A DNA stretch of 56,221 nucleotides, the filler included, from Callorhinchus milii (Eukaryota), in NCBI RefSeq assembly GCF_018977255.1. It is 2 parts of 2 records of this genome, joined end to end, with 100 filler letters (N's around TTAATTAATTAA, not from the genome) between each part and the next. Parts side by side here need not be neighbours in the genome. Positions count along the whole stretch, not along the records: positions 28,165 to 56,221 come from NW_024705678.1; 1 more part is not named here. One strand, written 5' to 3'. Within the stretch, counting starts at the first letter, position 1, and each line of letters opens with the position of its first letter. A program made the position numbers and the translations under genes. This document shows, in pieces, positions 32,346-46,352 of the stretch. The notes beneath the pieces were generated by a model. The model was given only the letters and a program-made list of their open reading frames with translations, did not search any database and was not told where the DNA came from.

Positions 32346-35195
32346 CCCGCTCTGCGCCTTTTCAATCACAACAACAGCAAATTGCATTTATGTAGTGCCA
32401 AAAGCACTACCATAGAGACAGAGGAACATTCACCCCCTCGCGCCTGTTCCGCCATTCTACAAGATCACGGCTGATCTGTACCTCAGCTCCAGTTACCCAC
32501 CTTTGCCCCGGATCCCGTGATACCCTGACCCAACAAATATCTCTCCTCTCCAGTCTGGGCAACGTGAATGTGATCAAAGAGGAAAGTCTTGAGGCAAGCC
32601 TTGAAGGAGGCAAGGGGTATAATGAATACATTCGTTCACATTATAATAATAGTCCTTGCATTTGACGTAGCGCCTCATCGCGTCGTTTGGACGTTTCAAA
32701 GCGCTTCGCAGGATACGCTGTACAGCGACTGCATTTTGTGGTGAGCCAATTGCGCACAGCAGCGTCCCACAAACGGTCGTGGAGGGAGTGATCAATTTTA
32801 TTTGGGGGATTGCTGGCCAGGACACCGGGGGAGAGAGAGAAACTCCCTTCTCTCGTGGAATAGCGCCACGGGATCTTTAACGTCCACCTGAACAGGTGTG
32901 ATCCAAAATGGAGGCCCGCTCCCACCCCCGCACCCTCCCACGAGAAGACTCTGTCTTCTCTTTTCTCTCCCTCCCTCTCATTTTTCTCTCTCTCACTCTT
33001 CTTCCTCTCTCTTCACTCTTCTTTGTACCCTGCGTGAAGAACACTCTATAAATACATGTTGTTGTTATTGTGTCTCTCTCTTTTCTCTTCCTATATCTTC
33101 TCTTCTTTCTGCCTCCCCCGCCCTCTCTCTTTCTCTCTCATTCCCAACTTCCTTACTCCACACAGAGCCTAATAATAATCCCTCCAAACCCAAAAACAAT
33201 AATTAAATTGGTCATTTTCAATCCACGACTGTTTGTGGGCCATTGCTGTGCGCAATCGGCCGCCGCGTTCGCCCACAAATATACAGTCAATTCACTTTAC
33301 AGTGTGTTCTGTGAAGCGCTTTGGGACGTCCTCCCGACGTGAAAAGCGCTATATCAAATGCAAGGATTATTATTATTATTATTATTCCTCTCTTTACTCT
33401 CCTCCCGCAGCCTGGGATGAATCATGGTTCTTGTGTTTAAATATTTCATTTGCTCTGCATCTTCATCTCTCGCTCACTGCAGAGTTCCCTCGCTCCCAGT
33501 GGAGGGACGTCGGGTGAACCAGGACCTTTGGATGGCATTGAACGACGCAGCAGGGCCTTAGAGCGAGAGAACGAGCAACACAGGTAAAATTCATTAGAGG
33601 GCATTAGACTGTTGTCTGACTGAGGAGTGGACAGAACAACAACAACAACAAATGACATTTACACAGCGCCTTTCACGTCAGGAGGACGTCCCAAGGCGCT
33701 GGACAGTCAGGGATCCGCACCCGGGCTGGTGGTTGGGATCAGGGTGGGAGTAGGAGGGTGATCGAAGGCGCAGTCGAAGAGGAGGGTCTTGAAGGAGGCA
33801 AGGGAGTGGGCGAGGCAGAGGGACTGTGGGATGGATTTCCAGAGGGTAGCGGTTTTCTCAACCCTCTCCTCGTGTCAACCGACCACACTGAGAACACGAT
33901 CTGGCTTTATTTTCTTGCGAGTCTCACCTGTCAGGGCCTCTGCAACTCTTCTTGCGAAATGATTCTTTCGTTTCCGTGCCTTCCCTCTCTGCCTTCTTTT
34001 AAATGGAGAGAGAGGAACAGACAGAGGCGGGCAGTTAAATCAGAGACAGACGGTTGGGGGGGTGGGGGAGGGGCGGCCAGAGGGAGAGAAACAGGCAGAC
34101 AGATGGGGAGAGTGACAGAAACAGGCAGACAGGTAAATGGGGGAGGATGGGTGCCTGGGAGGAGAGAGAAAGGGAGGAACAGACTGAAACAAACTGACAG
34201 ATGGGAGGGAGTGACAGAAAGAGACAGACGGCTGAGTGAGTGGGAGACACGGTTGGAGAGGGAGAGAAAGGATGCTTGTCTCTGTATCTCGAGAGGGAGG
34301 ATGCAAAGCATGATTAGTCCAATGTGAGCGGCATTCAGGGATTCACAGAGGGAGGGGGTGGACACAGGAACAGGAACTTGAAAGGCACATCCCGAGAGAC
34401 ACAAGCCGGGCACGGTGTTCCAGAACAACCGGCAGCAGCAGCCAGGTGGACAGTGCAGAGAGGCCTGTGTGGCTAACGGTCCTGGAATTATCAGACAATT
34501 CACCAAGGGCGCAGGAGGCTGGCAGTACGTCTAAAAATAACCCCACTCCGAGCTCGTGTTACGCTGAGGGCAGGAGTGACTGGGTTGATTCTGAGTAAGT
34601 CAGTAAGTCGCCACCTTATCATGTTCAATCTTCATTCAAGGCAGCTGCTCAGGACCCCGAGCCGACTCTCCCACGCCTCCCAGAGTAACCTCGCTCGCTC
34701 TCCCTTCCTTGCTTTGCAGGCTCAGGCCCGCCTGCTCCAACCCCCACTCTCAGTCTCCTCTCCGGAGCCCCCCTCTCTGCAAGCCCCCCCCCCCCCACCT
34801 CCCTCTGCTGCAGCGCTGTGAGACACTGCCGCGGAGCAAAGGGTGCTGTATAAATGCAAGCTGCCATTGCTTTCACAAATATTCTTAAGAAAACTACCTC
34901 TTGTTAGTTCAGTGCTCCCTGATGCTACCCACAAAAAGGGCGCTGTATAAAATGCAAGTTGTTGTTGTTCAGTCGCCACTCTCCTACCATGCTCTTTAAT
35001 CCACATTGTCCCTTTAACTCGACAACAACCACTCCAAAATGACATTTACACAGCGCCTTTCACGTCGGGAGGACGTCCCAAGGCACTGGACAATTAGTGC
35101 TTTGGACCCGAGCTGGGCATCGGGGTGTGGGAGGGCGGGGGGAGGGGGAAACGGGGGTGACCGAAGGCACGGTCGAAGAGAAGAGTGTCTGAAGA

Positions 35196-36215
35196 ACATA
35201 GGAAATGCTAGATGAAAAAAACCAAGGTCCATCTAGTTCGCCTTCCACCTTCCTGGCGGTCACATGCACGTATGTCCCACACATGAACTGCCTATGTTCT
35301 CTATCCCACAAGGTTATTTCCTAAAAGAAAACTGTGTTTGAAAGGATCAACACTTCCTGCTTCAACCACCTCCCTAGGGAGCTTGTTCCACGGATTAACT
35401 ATTCACTTTTCCTGCGTGAACATGTCCAATTTACTTAGTTGCTCCTCGTAGTCCAGTCTTTCCATTCCCTCAATCACTTGATTGCCCCCCTCCATGTCGT
35501 CTCGGGGTGGCTCAGAGTGGCTGAAGGCCCGCCTGCCAGCCAGTGGTGGAGCGGGCGAGGCGGGGGACGGGGGCCATGGAGGTGGAACTGGGAGGTAAAG
35601 AGAGGGGTAGGGATGGAGTCTAGGGAGCAGGTGGTCGGTTTCACGTGGGTTACGGTGGTGGTGAGAGAGGGGGAGACAGGTTCGAAGTTGGAAGTCCAGC
35701 ATCTCCTCGCAGTTGGCGTTGGAGGAGAGGATGGGCAAGGCATGAGGGGGTGAGCAGAGGAGCTGGTTGGTGATGAAGAAGAGGAGCCCGGGGTTGTCCT
35801 TGGCCTCCAAGATTGTCTTGGAGTAGATCTCCAGTTGTCCCTTCACCTTCAAAGCCCTCCACAGCCTTGCTCCTCCCTACCTCTGCGACCTCCTAACCCC
35901 GTACCAACCTGTCCGCTCCCTCCGCTCAGCGGGCTTTGGACTGCTTCACGTCCCCTGCCGTGCCCGCCCCACCATTGGCAGGCGGGTCCTCAGCCTCTCT
36001 GCCGCCACCCTCTGGAATGCCATCCCACAGTCCCTTCGCCTCGCTCCCTCCCTTGCCTCCTTCAAGACCCGTCTCAAGACCTTCCTCTTCAACCGCGCCT
36101 TCGGTCACCCTCCTACCCCTCCTGATCCCAACCACCAGCTCAGGGCCAGATCCCTGACTGTCCAGCCCCTTGGCACGTCCTCCTGATGTGAAAGGCGCGA
36201 TGTAAATGTGATGTG
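35196..36215. mobile_element. CR1 and L2 LINE fragments plus SINE-type tail
   Basis: Minus-strand GMERLDYEEQLSKLDMF (CR1 ORF2 end) and YSKTILEAKDNPGLLFFITNQLL (L2 ORF2); plus-strand L2-type 3' end. Confidence 0.65.
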
Positions 36216-36295
36216 TTGTTATTTGTTGTTGTTGTTGGGTGTCTCCTGTGTCTTTTGTTAACCAGAATCCTGCCAGTCGCTATTTTGGGGAAAGG

Positions 36296-38094
36296 ATGAC
36301 TTCTGGAAACCCCTTGAGGGGTCTTACAGTAACTCAGAGAGTGGCGCTCGCTATCGGGGTCTCAGCAAGTGCTGTCGCAATCTATGTACTGTACAAGAAG
36401 TACTGGGAGAGCCGAGGTAAGCAGACATTTCCCCCAGAGAGCAGAACCCCAATCCTCCCCATCTACGATAAAATAATAATCCTTACGTGATTTATCACTC
36501 ACGGTTGGGTGGGTTGGGGGGGGGTGGGGGGAGTGGGGAGGGAGAAGGTTGTTGCTCATTGATAATTGTGTCGAGCCCCTTCGTAATTCTCAATACTTCG
36601 ATCAGATCGTTCCTCAGATGCAGTTGTTGAACGTCCCCACCGTTAGGTTTAATGAAATTCAAAGACCAACACAAATTCTTCAATCAGTTGATACTTTTAT
36701 TGATGCAAATTAGAAAAGAAATGCACCTTAAAGTTAAACCTTTCAACAGTGGGTTAGTAAAGTTCACTGCAATGAGTCGATCGGATCAATACAGTGGCTT
36801 TGATGGAGGAATCGACTTGTTAACGTGTATCGATCCACGTTGATTGCACAGCCATATTTCCTCGAGACTGATTGCGATTAAGCTGCTTCATTCCGCTCCG
36901 ACATAACCACAAAAATCTCTGATTTTTTTTACCCCTTTTTGGTCGCACACGCCAGTCTGTTCAGCGTGTTTTTAGAAACACCAGCCGCAAACCAAGGACA
37001 AACTTTTATCAAGGTTCCAACAGCTTGTTTCAAAACAAGTCTTTGTCCCACAATGATTTCGAAGAGAATTTTCTTCCGTAAACATGCTTCCACTTGTCCT
37101 TGGCTTTCAAGCATTTGTGTCTCTGGTCAGCTTTTCCTGAAGTAAACAGGTCCGTAAGTCTCCAGTCTTCTTCAGTCAATCAATCCTTTGGTCAACTCAA
37201 GCAACCCAGAATCCTGGGACTGCTTACACCAGGCCTCAGTCCCCGGTGGATGGAGCCTGGATCTGCCACACCCGGATAACGCTGTCTCTGCTTTGTGCCC
37301 CAGATGAGGAGTGCCTGCTCGTTGGGGAGGATCCAATCTCGATGGACATGCGAGTCCCTCGCGAGGTCATCAAGGCCATTATCGGACGCCAGGGCTCCAC
37401 CATCAAACAGGTCAGTCAGGCTCAGCACCCGGCTCGTAAACCTTGTGACTCATCCGGGCCTCAAGATCCTTAACAGGCTGGGAGTGTGGACCACAGTGTA
37501 GAGGGAGCGTTACTGTGTCTCTAACCCTGACCTGGGAGTGTGGACCACAGTGTAGAGGAGCGTTACTGTGTCTCTAACCCTGACCTGGGAGTGTGGACCA
37601 CAGTGTAGAGGAGCTTTACTGTGTCTCTAACCCTGACCTGGGAGTGTGGACGCACAGTGTAGAGGAGCTTTACTGTGTCTCTAACCCTGACCTGGGAGTG
37701 TGGACCACAGTGTAGAGGGAGCGTTACTGTGTCTCTAACCCTGACCTGGGAGTGTGGACCACAGTGTAGAGGGAGCGTTACTGTGTCTGTAACCCTGACC
37801 TGGGAGTGTGGACACACAGTGTAGAGGGAGCGTTACTGTGTCTCTAACCCTGACCTGGGAGTGTGGACACACAGTGTAGAGAGAGCTTTACCGTGTCTCT
37901 AACCCTGACCTGGGAGTGGACGCACAGTGTAGAGAGAGCTTTACCGTGTCTCTAACCCACGCTATCACTGATCCAGGCAGCGTGTTCAACATTCTCACCA
38001 GCTTCACACGCACGTACACCCAGGCAAGGGTGCGTGCATACACCCCCACCGGTAACCCTGTGAATAGATACGTCATCTCCCCCACCAGCACAAA

Positions 38095-38136
<42 letters not shown>

Positions 38137-39503
38137 AACAGCCTGTCGCTGATCTTGTCTGTCGCTGTGTTGGTGCAGCTCAGACGGGATACGGGGGCTC
38201 GGATCGAGGTGGACGACGTCGAAGATGTGGAGGATGCGATGAGGCCTGAGCGGATCGTGACCATCACCGGCACTCCGGTGCAGGTGTGCCGGGCCGGGGT
38301 GGCCATTCACCAGCTGCTGGCCACCAAAGTCCAGGTCACCGAGGAGCTGTTCGTCCCCCAGGCAGCCGTGGGCCGTATCATAGGTACGGCAACGACAACA
38401 ACTCGCATTTACACAGCGCCCCTCGCGCGGGACAGCGTACCAGAGCGCTTGACAGTGGCGGGGGGGAGGTGACCGTAGGCACAGTCGAATAGGAAGGTCT
38501 TCAGGCGCGACCTGAAGATGGACGGGACGTGGGTCGAGGCGGAGGGAGTGAATGACCGTGCTTCAGGGCGGCGTGGCTGAAAGCACGGCCGCCCATGGTG
38601 GAATGGAGGGCACGAGGGACGGGCAGAAGGCCAGAGCCAGTTGAGCGGAAGGCAGCGGGTGGTGGGTTGGGCGGGTAAGTAGGTCGGAGAGGTAGGGAGT
38701 CTTGTTAACGTGCATCGATCTGTGTTAATTGTAGTAATATCCCTCTTTCCTCGAGATTGATTGCAATTAGCTGCTCCATTCCCTCTCCCACCGGCTCAGC
38801 GTCGCGCTCCATCACTATCGAGCACTCCGGGGCGCGAGGGGCGCCGGGCAAACGCAACAGCTGTTGATCGCCATCTCCCGGCAGGCCGCGGCGGGGAGAA
38901 TATCCGCACTATCAGCCGCAACTCGGGAGCCAAGATCCTGTGCGAGAGAGAACGGGCGGAGCCCAACCTGGACGCCAGGAGACTGATCAAAATCACGGGC
39001 ACCCAGGAAGAGGTCGCCACAGCAAAGGTGCGAGTCTCTCAGCGCGCCGAAGGCAATGCATTCAGAAAGACAGAAACGGGACGAGGCCATTCAGCCCCTC
39101 GAGCCTGTTCCGCCATTTTATAAGATCATGGCGGATCTGTACCTCAAGTCCAGTTACCCGCCCTTGCGTGGAGCCCTGTGGCTCCAGCGGTTAAGAGCGC
39201 TCGCCTGGCAAGCGAGAGGACCCGGGTGAAATCCTGGGCAAGTTTCCTTACGCCACGCACACACGCACACGCACACACGCACACGCACACGCAGTAAGTA
39301 GGAACTCGGTCGTTAGCTGATTGACTGATTGATCGCTTTTCCGGGCAAAATAATCCCTCCAAAAAAAATACCGTCACTCAATCCACGACTGTTTGTGGGC
39401 GCAATCGGCTGCCGGGTTTTGCCCACAAATATACAGTCACTACACACAACAGTGTATCATGAGATGTCCAGAAGACGTGAAAAGCGCTATATCAAATGCA
39501 AGG

Positions 39504-39539
<36 letters not shown>

Positions 39540-39884
39540 TGACTCACCCTTCCCTGGCTCTGTTTCCCAGGCCCTGATTCTGGACACGGTGAAGGAGGAG
39601 GAGCAGTTTCGGCTGAAGCTGGCCAGCTCAGCGGCCACCCGCCGCCATCGCAAGCACCCGGTCTGCAAAAGGCTCTCGCCTGACGGCAACAGCGAGGGGC
39701 CAGAGTGCCTGAGCGGGCACGGGGCACTGCCCGTCAACACCGATGCCAACCCGGATCACGCCTGCACCAGTGACTCCAGCCAGGTGGCAAAATTCGAGAG
39801 TAAGGAACCATCGTCTCTCCGTCTGTCTTCCCTCGGTGCCTCTGTCTGTCGCACGTGCGTGCGTGCACACGAACACACCTCTCT

Positions 39885-39923
<39 letters not shown>

Positions 39924-41362
39924 CCGAGCGCTTGCACAACCACAAGCACACAGACAGAGTTATATGAGGTGAATAATAGGAATAATAATCCTTCCGTTTG
40001 GTTCAGCGCCTGATCGCGTCTTCGCGTTATCTCGAAAGCGCTTCGCAGAATATACTGTGAAGCGCAGTTACTGTACTTTGGGGACGAAACGCGGCAGCCA
40101 ATTCCGCAAAGCCGTGTCCCACAAACAGCCGCGGATTGAGTGACCAAATTATTATTATTTTAGAAGGGATTATTACCCCCGGAAAAGTGATCCGCCAATC
40201 GACTAACAAGCGGGTTCCTACTTACGTGTGCGTGTGTGTGTGTGCGTGTGTGTGTGTGTTTGTGTGCGTGTGGAGAGTGTGTCCTCTCGCTTGCCAGGCG
40301 AGCGCTCTCGCCACTGAGCTACAGGGACTCCTACAATGCGATTTCTGCTCTCGTTTCCACAGTCCCGAGCCCGGACTTTGGCTTCTTGGTTGACGAGTAT
40401 CTGGAGGTTTACGTGTCAGCTTCTGAGAACCCGAACCGCTTCTGGATTCAGATCCTGGGCACCAGGTGTTTGCAGCTGGACAACCTGACGGACGAGATGA
40501 TGCGTTATTACAGTGGCTGCAAACATGTGAGTGGAGGGGAGAAGCAGGGAGGTTACAGCACAGATACGTCGCTCCGAGCTTCCCACTGGAGCTCTCGACT
40601 CTAACCCCATTCCCTGCTCTCTCTCTCTCTCTCTCTCTCTCTCCCCATCACCCGTGCGCGGTGCTGGCCTGGTGTAACCCTGTGTGTGTACCCGCTGGGC
40701 GCAGGAGGAGCGGGTGTCTGCCAGGGTGGGCGATATCGTGGCTGCTCCCTTTCAGGACGACGGCTGCTGGTATCGTGCCCGCGTCCTCGACTTCCTGCCA
40801 AACGGCAGCGCCGACCTCTACTACGTGGACTACGGAGACAACGGGGAGGTGCCAGTCAACAGGCTGCAGGCCCTGAGGTCAGTATCTCAGTGGGTAGGGG
40901 CAGGGGTGAGGGTGAGGAGTGTTCCCTGGAGCAGAGGAGAATCACAGCCCTTTTCTTGTCCTCCCCCCCCCCCCCCCCCACCACCGTAACAACAACTTGT
41001 GTTTACACAGCGCCCCTCACCGACAATCGCCCAGATATCAGTCACGGCTGCAAAGCACGCAGTTTGGCGCTGTATCCAACGTGAGGTTTATTATACCTTA
41101 TCGGGGGCTGCCAGTTGGAATACCCTGACTCGCGTGATAATATAATAATAATAATCCGTGCGTTCGACACAGCGCCCTTATCCCGTCTTCGAGACGTCTC
41201 AAGGCGCTCCACGGGACACACGCAGCCGATTGCGCCCGGCGACGTCCCACCAAGTCGCGGATTGAGTGATAATGATATACGGTCAATTCACGTTACCGTA
41301 TGCTCCGTGAAGCGCTTTGAGGGGTCTCGACGACGTGAGAAGGCGCTGCATCAAATGCAAGG

Positions 41363-41401
<39 letters not shown>

Positions 41402-41643
41402 ATGACAAGCTACATCAGGGTGGAGTTATCAGGGGCTTGTTGCATTTTATTCCCCTCCTGTTTTTCAGGAGCGATTTCCTGAGCCTCCCGTTTCAGGCCA
41501 TCGAGTGTAGCCTCGACCGAGTGCAACCCATTGGTGAGTGTGACACTGAGTGTGAGTAGGTGTAAGCGCGCGGGAAGGGGGTGTTGGTGTGATGGAGGGG
41601 GGGGGGGCTGGTATGTGACAGAAGGTGGGAAGGGAGGGGGTGT

Positions 41644-41675
<32 letters not shown>

Positions 41676-41891
41676 GACACGTGCTGTGTACGGAGAGGCC
41701 TGAGGGAGCGTGCGTATGTGGCCACGTGGCGAGAGGAGGGAAGGGGCGTAGTGAGTGCCTTGGGACGTCCTTCCGGCGTGAAAGGCACCATACAACGGCA
41801 TTTGTGTTGTTTTATTCGTGTGCGTGTGTGGTGTGTGTGTGTGTGTGTGCGCGTGCGTACCTGACGAGTGTGTTGTGTGTATGTGATGAGC

Positions 41892-41947
<56 letters not shown>

Positions 41948-44140
41948 GAGGTGCTGTGTACAGGGAAGCCTGAGGGTGCGTGTTAACAGCTCCCCGGGGG
42001 CCTGCTTACAGGACGCCGATGGACAGAGGAGGCGCTGAACGAATTTGATCGCCTGACGCATTGCGCTCACTGGAAGATCCTTCTGGCAAAGATCTGCAGC
42101 TACGAGGAGAGCGGCGGAATCACCCGGCCACACATTCAGCTGTTTGACAAGAGCAGCGAGAAGGTGGGAGAGCACGGCACCCTGTGTGCCCGCGCGCGCG
42201 CGTGTGTCTGTGTGTGCGTGTGCGCGCGCGCGTGTCTTTCCCACTCTCTCTCTCGACACGCTCGCTCTGTGCGTGTGTGTGTCTTTCCCACACGGAGTGC
42301 GCTGTCTCCTGACACGCTCGCAGACACACACGCACACACACACACACACACACACATACACAGTGACACAAACACACAGTAACACACACACATGGTGACA
42401 CACACAAAGCACTCACTCCCTTGTCTTGTCTTGCAGCAGACTGTGGACATTGCCGAGGAGTTAATCTGCCTGGGACATGCCATGCGCTGTGCCCGCATTG
42501 GCTCCCTCCTGAACCCAGACACCCTGAACCCCACCACAACCCTGATGGTAACTCCTGATCCAGGGCCTCTGATGGGGGGGGTGGGTGGGCGGCGGTCGGA
42601 AGAAGGGGGTGGCAGGGAAGTTTGGGGTGAGGAGAGAATGTGAGAGGTGGCTGGGTGGTGGGGGGGGGGGGGTGTTCACAGGGAGAGAGTGATTCATGTA
42701 TGTGGGGTGTGTGATCAGTGCAAACCGGGGTTAAAACTTGCTTTTCAACAGAATGCATTGCGACAAAATGATGTCCGCAGAGACTCATCATCTGAAACGT
42801 GTTCAACGGGAAGCGCAGAGAACAATCCCTCTACATCCATGCACGCTGCCTCTGGTAAGTGCTCCCAGGTCTAACAGCGCAGGTTAGAGACACGGTAACG
42901 CTCCCTCTACACTGTGCGTTCACACTCCCAGGTCAGGGTTAGAGACACAGTAACGCTCCCTCTCCACTCCCAGGTCAGGGTTAGAGACACGGTAACGCTC
43001 CCTCTACACTGTGTGTCCACACTCCCAGGTCAGGGTTAGAGACACAGTAAAGCTCCTCTACACTGTGTGTCCACACTCCCAGGTCAGGGTTAGAGACACA
43101 GTAAAGCTCCTCTACACTGTGTGTCCACACTCCCAGGTCAGGGTTAGAGACACAGTAAAGCTCCTCTACACTGTGTGTCCACACTCCCAGGTCAGGGTTA
43201 GAGACACAGTAAAGCTCCTCTACACTGTGCGTCCGTCCACACTCCCCAGGTCAGGGTTAGAGACACAGTAAAGCTCCTCTACACTGTGTCCACACTCCCA
43301 GGTCAGGGTTAGAGACACAGTGACGATGTGAAGTGAAGCTACTCTTTATCCTGGTTGCCAAGTGATGTCCTGGCTCCATGGGCACAGACCTGGTGCCTTG
43401 TTTCCCTGCTCACCACCTCACCTGCTTCTAGATCTGCGGAGCTTCAGGTCTGGTGATGGGCCGAGGAGGCTGACAAGGGACGTCAACACCACATACAAGC
43501 TTCTCCAGAGCACCGTGCCTGAGCCGGAAGACAGTTCCAGCCACGACCCAGTTCGGTTCTTATTCGATATCACTGTCCTGGGACAGACTTCTGTGTCTGA
43601 CAGTTTCCCGAGCCAGTCGTGTGGCTCCGTGTCTGCCCTCGCGGCCTGTGACCAGACGTCTGCGTCAGACAGCGTCTTTGGCTATTTGGCTGTTTCCTCT
43701 GGGCACAAAGGGGGGGAGGAGGAAGAGGAGGAGGCCGAGGCTCTGACGAGCGCTGGCACACGTAGCCCGCCGCTCAGCGGGGACGGCGATCGGAGCAGCA
43801 GCCGTTCAGGTGAGAGGAGGTGGTGGGGAGCACCTGTGTGGGTGCGACCGTCACCGGGGTAAGGAAACAGTGGTTAATGGTGACGGGTAAGGCACTGGTT
43901 GTGATGCTTTGCAATTCACCTCCTCCATCCTCTCTGTCTGAATCCTTCTTGATGCACTTTGGTCATGGCACATCCCGATAGCCCTGTGTGCGCGTGTGTG
44001 TGTACGCTCGCGCGCGTGCGCGCGTGTGTGTGTGTACGTGTGCCTCTCGCCCTCACTCCCCGCTTCTCTGTTGCTTTGTTACAGAGGGCTCCATTCCCTG
44101 CAGTGGCGGGGTGCATCCAATGCAGGATGATTGCATGTGA
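36296..44140 (+). CDS. TDRKH: Tudor and KH domain-containing protein (piRNA pathway); exons 36296-36416, 37304-37410, 38179-38383, 38885-39027, 39571-39799, 40363-40526, 40705-40877, 41469-41533, 42012-42163, 42440-42547, 42752-42854, 43432-43809, 44085-44140
   Basis: N-terminal TM (RVALAIGVSASAVAIYVLYKKY), two KH domains (IIGRQGSTIK, IIGRGGENIR) and extended Tudor (APFQDDGCWYRARV...YYVDYGD, SDFLSLPFQAIECSL). All splice phases match; the last three exons are less certain. Confidence 0.93.
37478..37957 (+). repeat. ~54-bp satellite in TDRKH intron (CTGGGAGTGTGGACCACAGTGTAGAGGGAGCGTTACTGTGTCTCTAACCCTGAC)
   Basis: About 9 units. Confidence 0.92.
42881..43322 (-). repeat. Same ~54-bp satellite in opposite orientation
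   Basis: About 8 units; reverse complement of 37478-37957. Confidence 0.92.
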
Positions 44141-46352
44141 CGGGCGTGACGTGGTGGCTGAACAGCCTTCACTGACAGGTAAGGCTCCAAGTCTCCTCTT
44201 GGTGGGGGAGGGGGTGGGAGAGGGAGTAGTGGGGGCTGGGGGAACCCCTCCAACGGGGAGTTTATCCGCTGGGCCATCGCAGTCAGAAGGTGTGGGTTCA
44301 AGCTGCACGGCGTAAGCCAGCGCTCCAGTGCAGCGGCGGGGGGAACAGTGCATTGTCGGAGACGTGAGATGTTAAACCGAGGCCTTTTCTGTGCCCGTTC
44401 GGGCGGACGTTAAAGATCTCCCGCAGCGCTATTGGAAAAGAGAAGCCCGTTTCTCTCTCTCTCTCCCCCCCCCCACCGGTGTCCTGGCCAACAATCCCGC
44501 CGGTTAAAAACCAGCCGCTCACTCCACGGCCGCTTGAGGGACGTCGCCCTGCGCAAGTCGGCCGCCGCCGCGCCTTGCCCACAAAACACACAGTCGCCGC
44601 ACGTAACAGTATGCCCTGGGAAGCGCTTGGAGACGCCTCGACGAAGTGAAGTGATGAGGCGCGACATCAAACGCAAGCGTGTTCAGCTTCGCTGTGATTC
44701 TCGAAACGCGTGGCCGACGATTAATCATTACTCTCCGTGTTGCAGGCAGCCAGCCCAAGGGTTCAACTCTCCACGGAAAGTGGCTTGAATGTAAATTTTG
44801 CATCAACGGAAGGAACGGTGTTAAGCGTTCGTTTATTTTTTTTTCTCTTCTTCTTGCAATTAAAAGCCTTCGATTCGGATTTTTGGCCTCGGGCGCGCGG
44901 AGGAAGGGGGGAGGGGGAGGGGAGGCGGGGGTGGGTCTGGGTCTGGGTCTGGGTCTGGGCCTGGGCCTGGGCCAGGCGGATCCTTCTCTTGTCGGGCGGC
45001 AGGACAGGAGGGTCATTGCCTCGCGTAAGCGCAGCCGTAACAGGCGCCACGTGCAAACGAGGACGCCTGTTGGGCCGCGCGTACAGCATATATGCGAACC
45101 CGGGTGCACGGAGAGACTTGTGCCTCCTGATGCGGGTGCCCCTCATCACACAAGGCCCACTCGCACACCCTGAGCTAGGAGACCTCTTACAGAACCAACA
45201 GCTTTGCCCCCAATCCCCTCGCCCCCCCCCCCACCACCACCATCCCCAATGCTGGATGTGTTTTTGGAAAAGTTATATAAAAAAAAACTAAACTGCCGGA
45301 GAGGCACAGCCATCGAACTGTCCTTCAGAGAGAGGGAGAGGGGGGGAGGGAGCGAGACGGAGAGGGGTGGGGTGGTGTTTGGTGGGGGGGGGGGCGCAGC
45401 GAGAGAGAGCATTGAGCAACCCTCTACCCTATTTTCCAGCCACCGACCAACCCATTTGAGCCACAAAGAGCACATGGTTTACCCTATGATGGACACAAGT
45501 GTCAGCGGGTTGAAGAATGGTTGGAGGGGGGGGGGGGGGGGTGTCAAAAACGGAAACAATTCTCTCTTAACACCCCCCACCCCCCCAAAAAAAAATTATA
45601 CCCTCCTCTCTCCCCACCTCTTGTGTCGGCGACAGCGATTTTAACTGTGCAATAAAATCCTAACTGGCAGTGAACTGAGGCCTCCGCTCTTTGGTGTCTT
45701 CCTCTGCGACAATAATCCTTCTGCGTTCGACGCAGCGCCTCATCCCGTCTTCGAGACGTCTCAAAGCGCTTGACGGTAAAGTGTAGTGACCGGGTGTCGC
45801 GCCCAGCGACCTCCCCGCAAACAGCCGCGGGGATTGAGTGACCGTGTCGTTACGTTTGATGAAAAGAGATTATCACCCCCGGAGGAAAGTCCGCCAGTCG
45901 ACTTAACGACCGGGTCCCCGACTCAAAGCAGGCGTGCGCCCGCGCCCCCCGCGCCCCCCGCGCCCCCCGCGCCCGCGCGCGGAGCAAGGAAACCTGCCCC
46001 AACGTTTCGCCGTGCCCTGCCCCGGGGGGGGAGGCGAGCGCTCTTTCAACGACGGAGCTACTGACCGGGACTTCTGTTTGGGGGCAAAATGGAGGGCGGC
46101 GGAGCGGGTGTGGGGGGTGAGACCACTCACCAGAAACAAGTGACTGCGTTCGGCTGTAAAAACTACGACAATATCAATGCAGAATTGCTGCCAAAAAAAA
46201 GCCGATGACAAAAGGGGGCGTCAGTTTTTGTGCGCAGGCGCTGGCCGGGCAGCCCCCCCCCCGCGCCGCGTCACACCACGGCCGGCGTCCTGCCGTTGCC
46301 GGGGCGACGGGGTCCTTCCTGGCGGGGAGTCGCGGGCGGGCCGGCAGGGAAA

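Noticed and set aside
30453..32474. 673-aa His/Thr/Pro-rich ORF
   Set aside because: Translation of a stop-free simple repeat in the probable first intron of TDRKH.
37478..37957. Interstitial telomeric repeat (TAACCC / GGGTTAG)
   Set aside because: Only one hexamer per 54-bp unit, not a (TTAGGG)n tract.
13388..44140. PRDM9-TDRKH germline gene cluster
   Set aside because: The genes are separated by an artificial linker and the halves share no repeat families.
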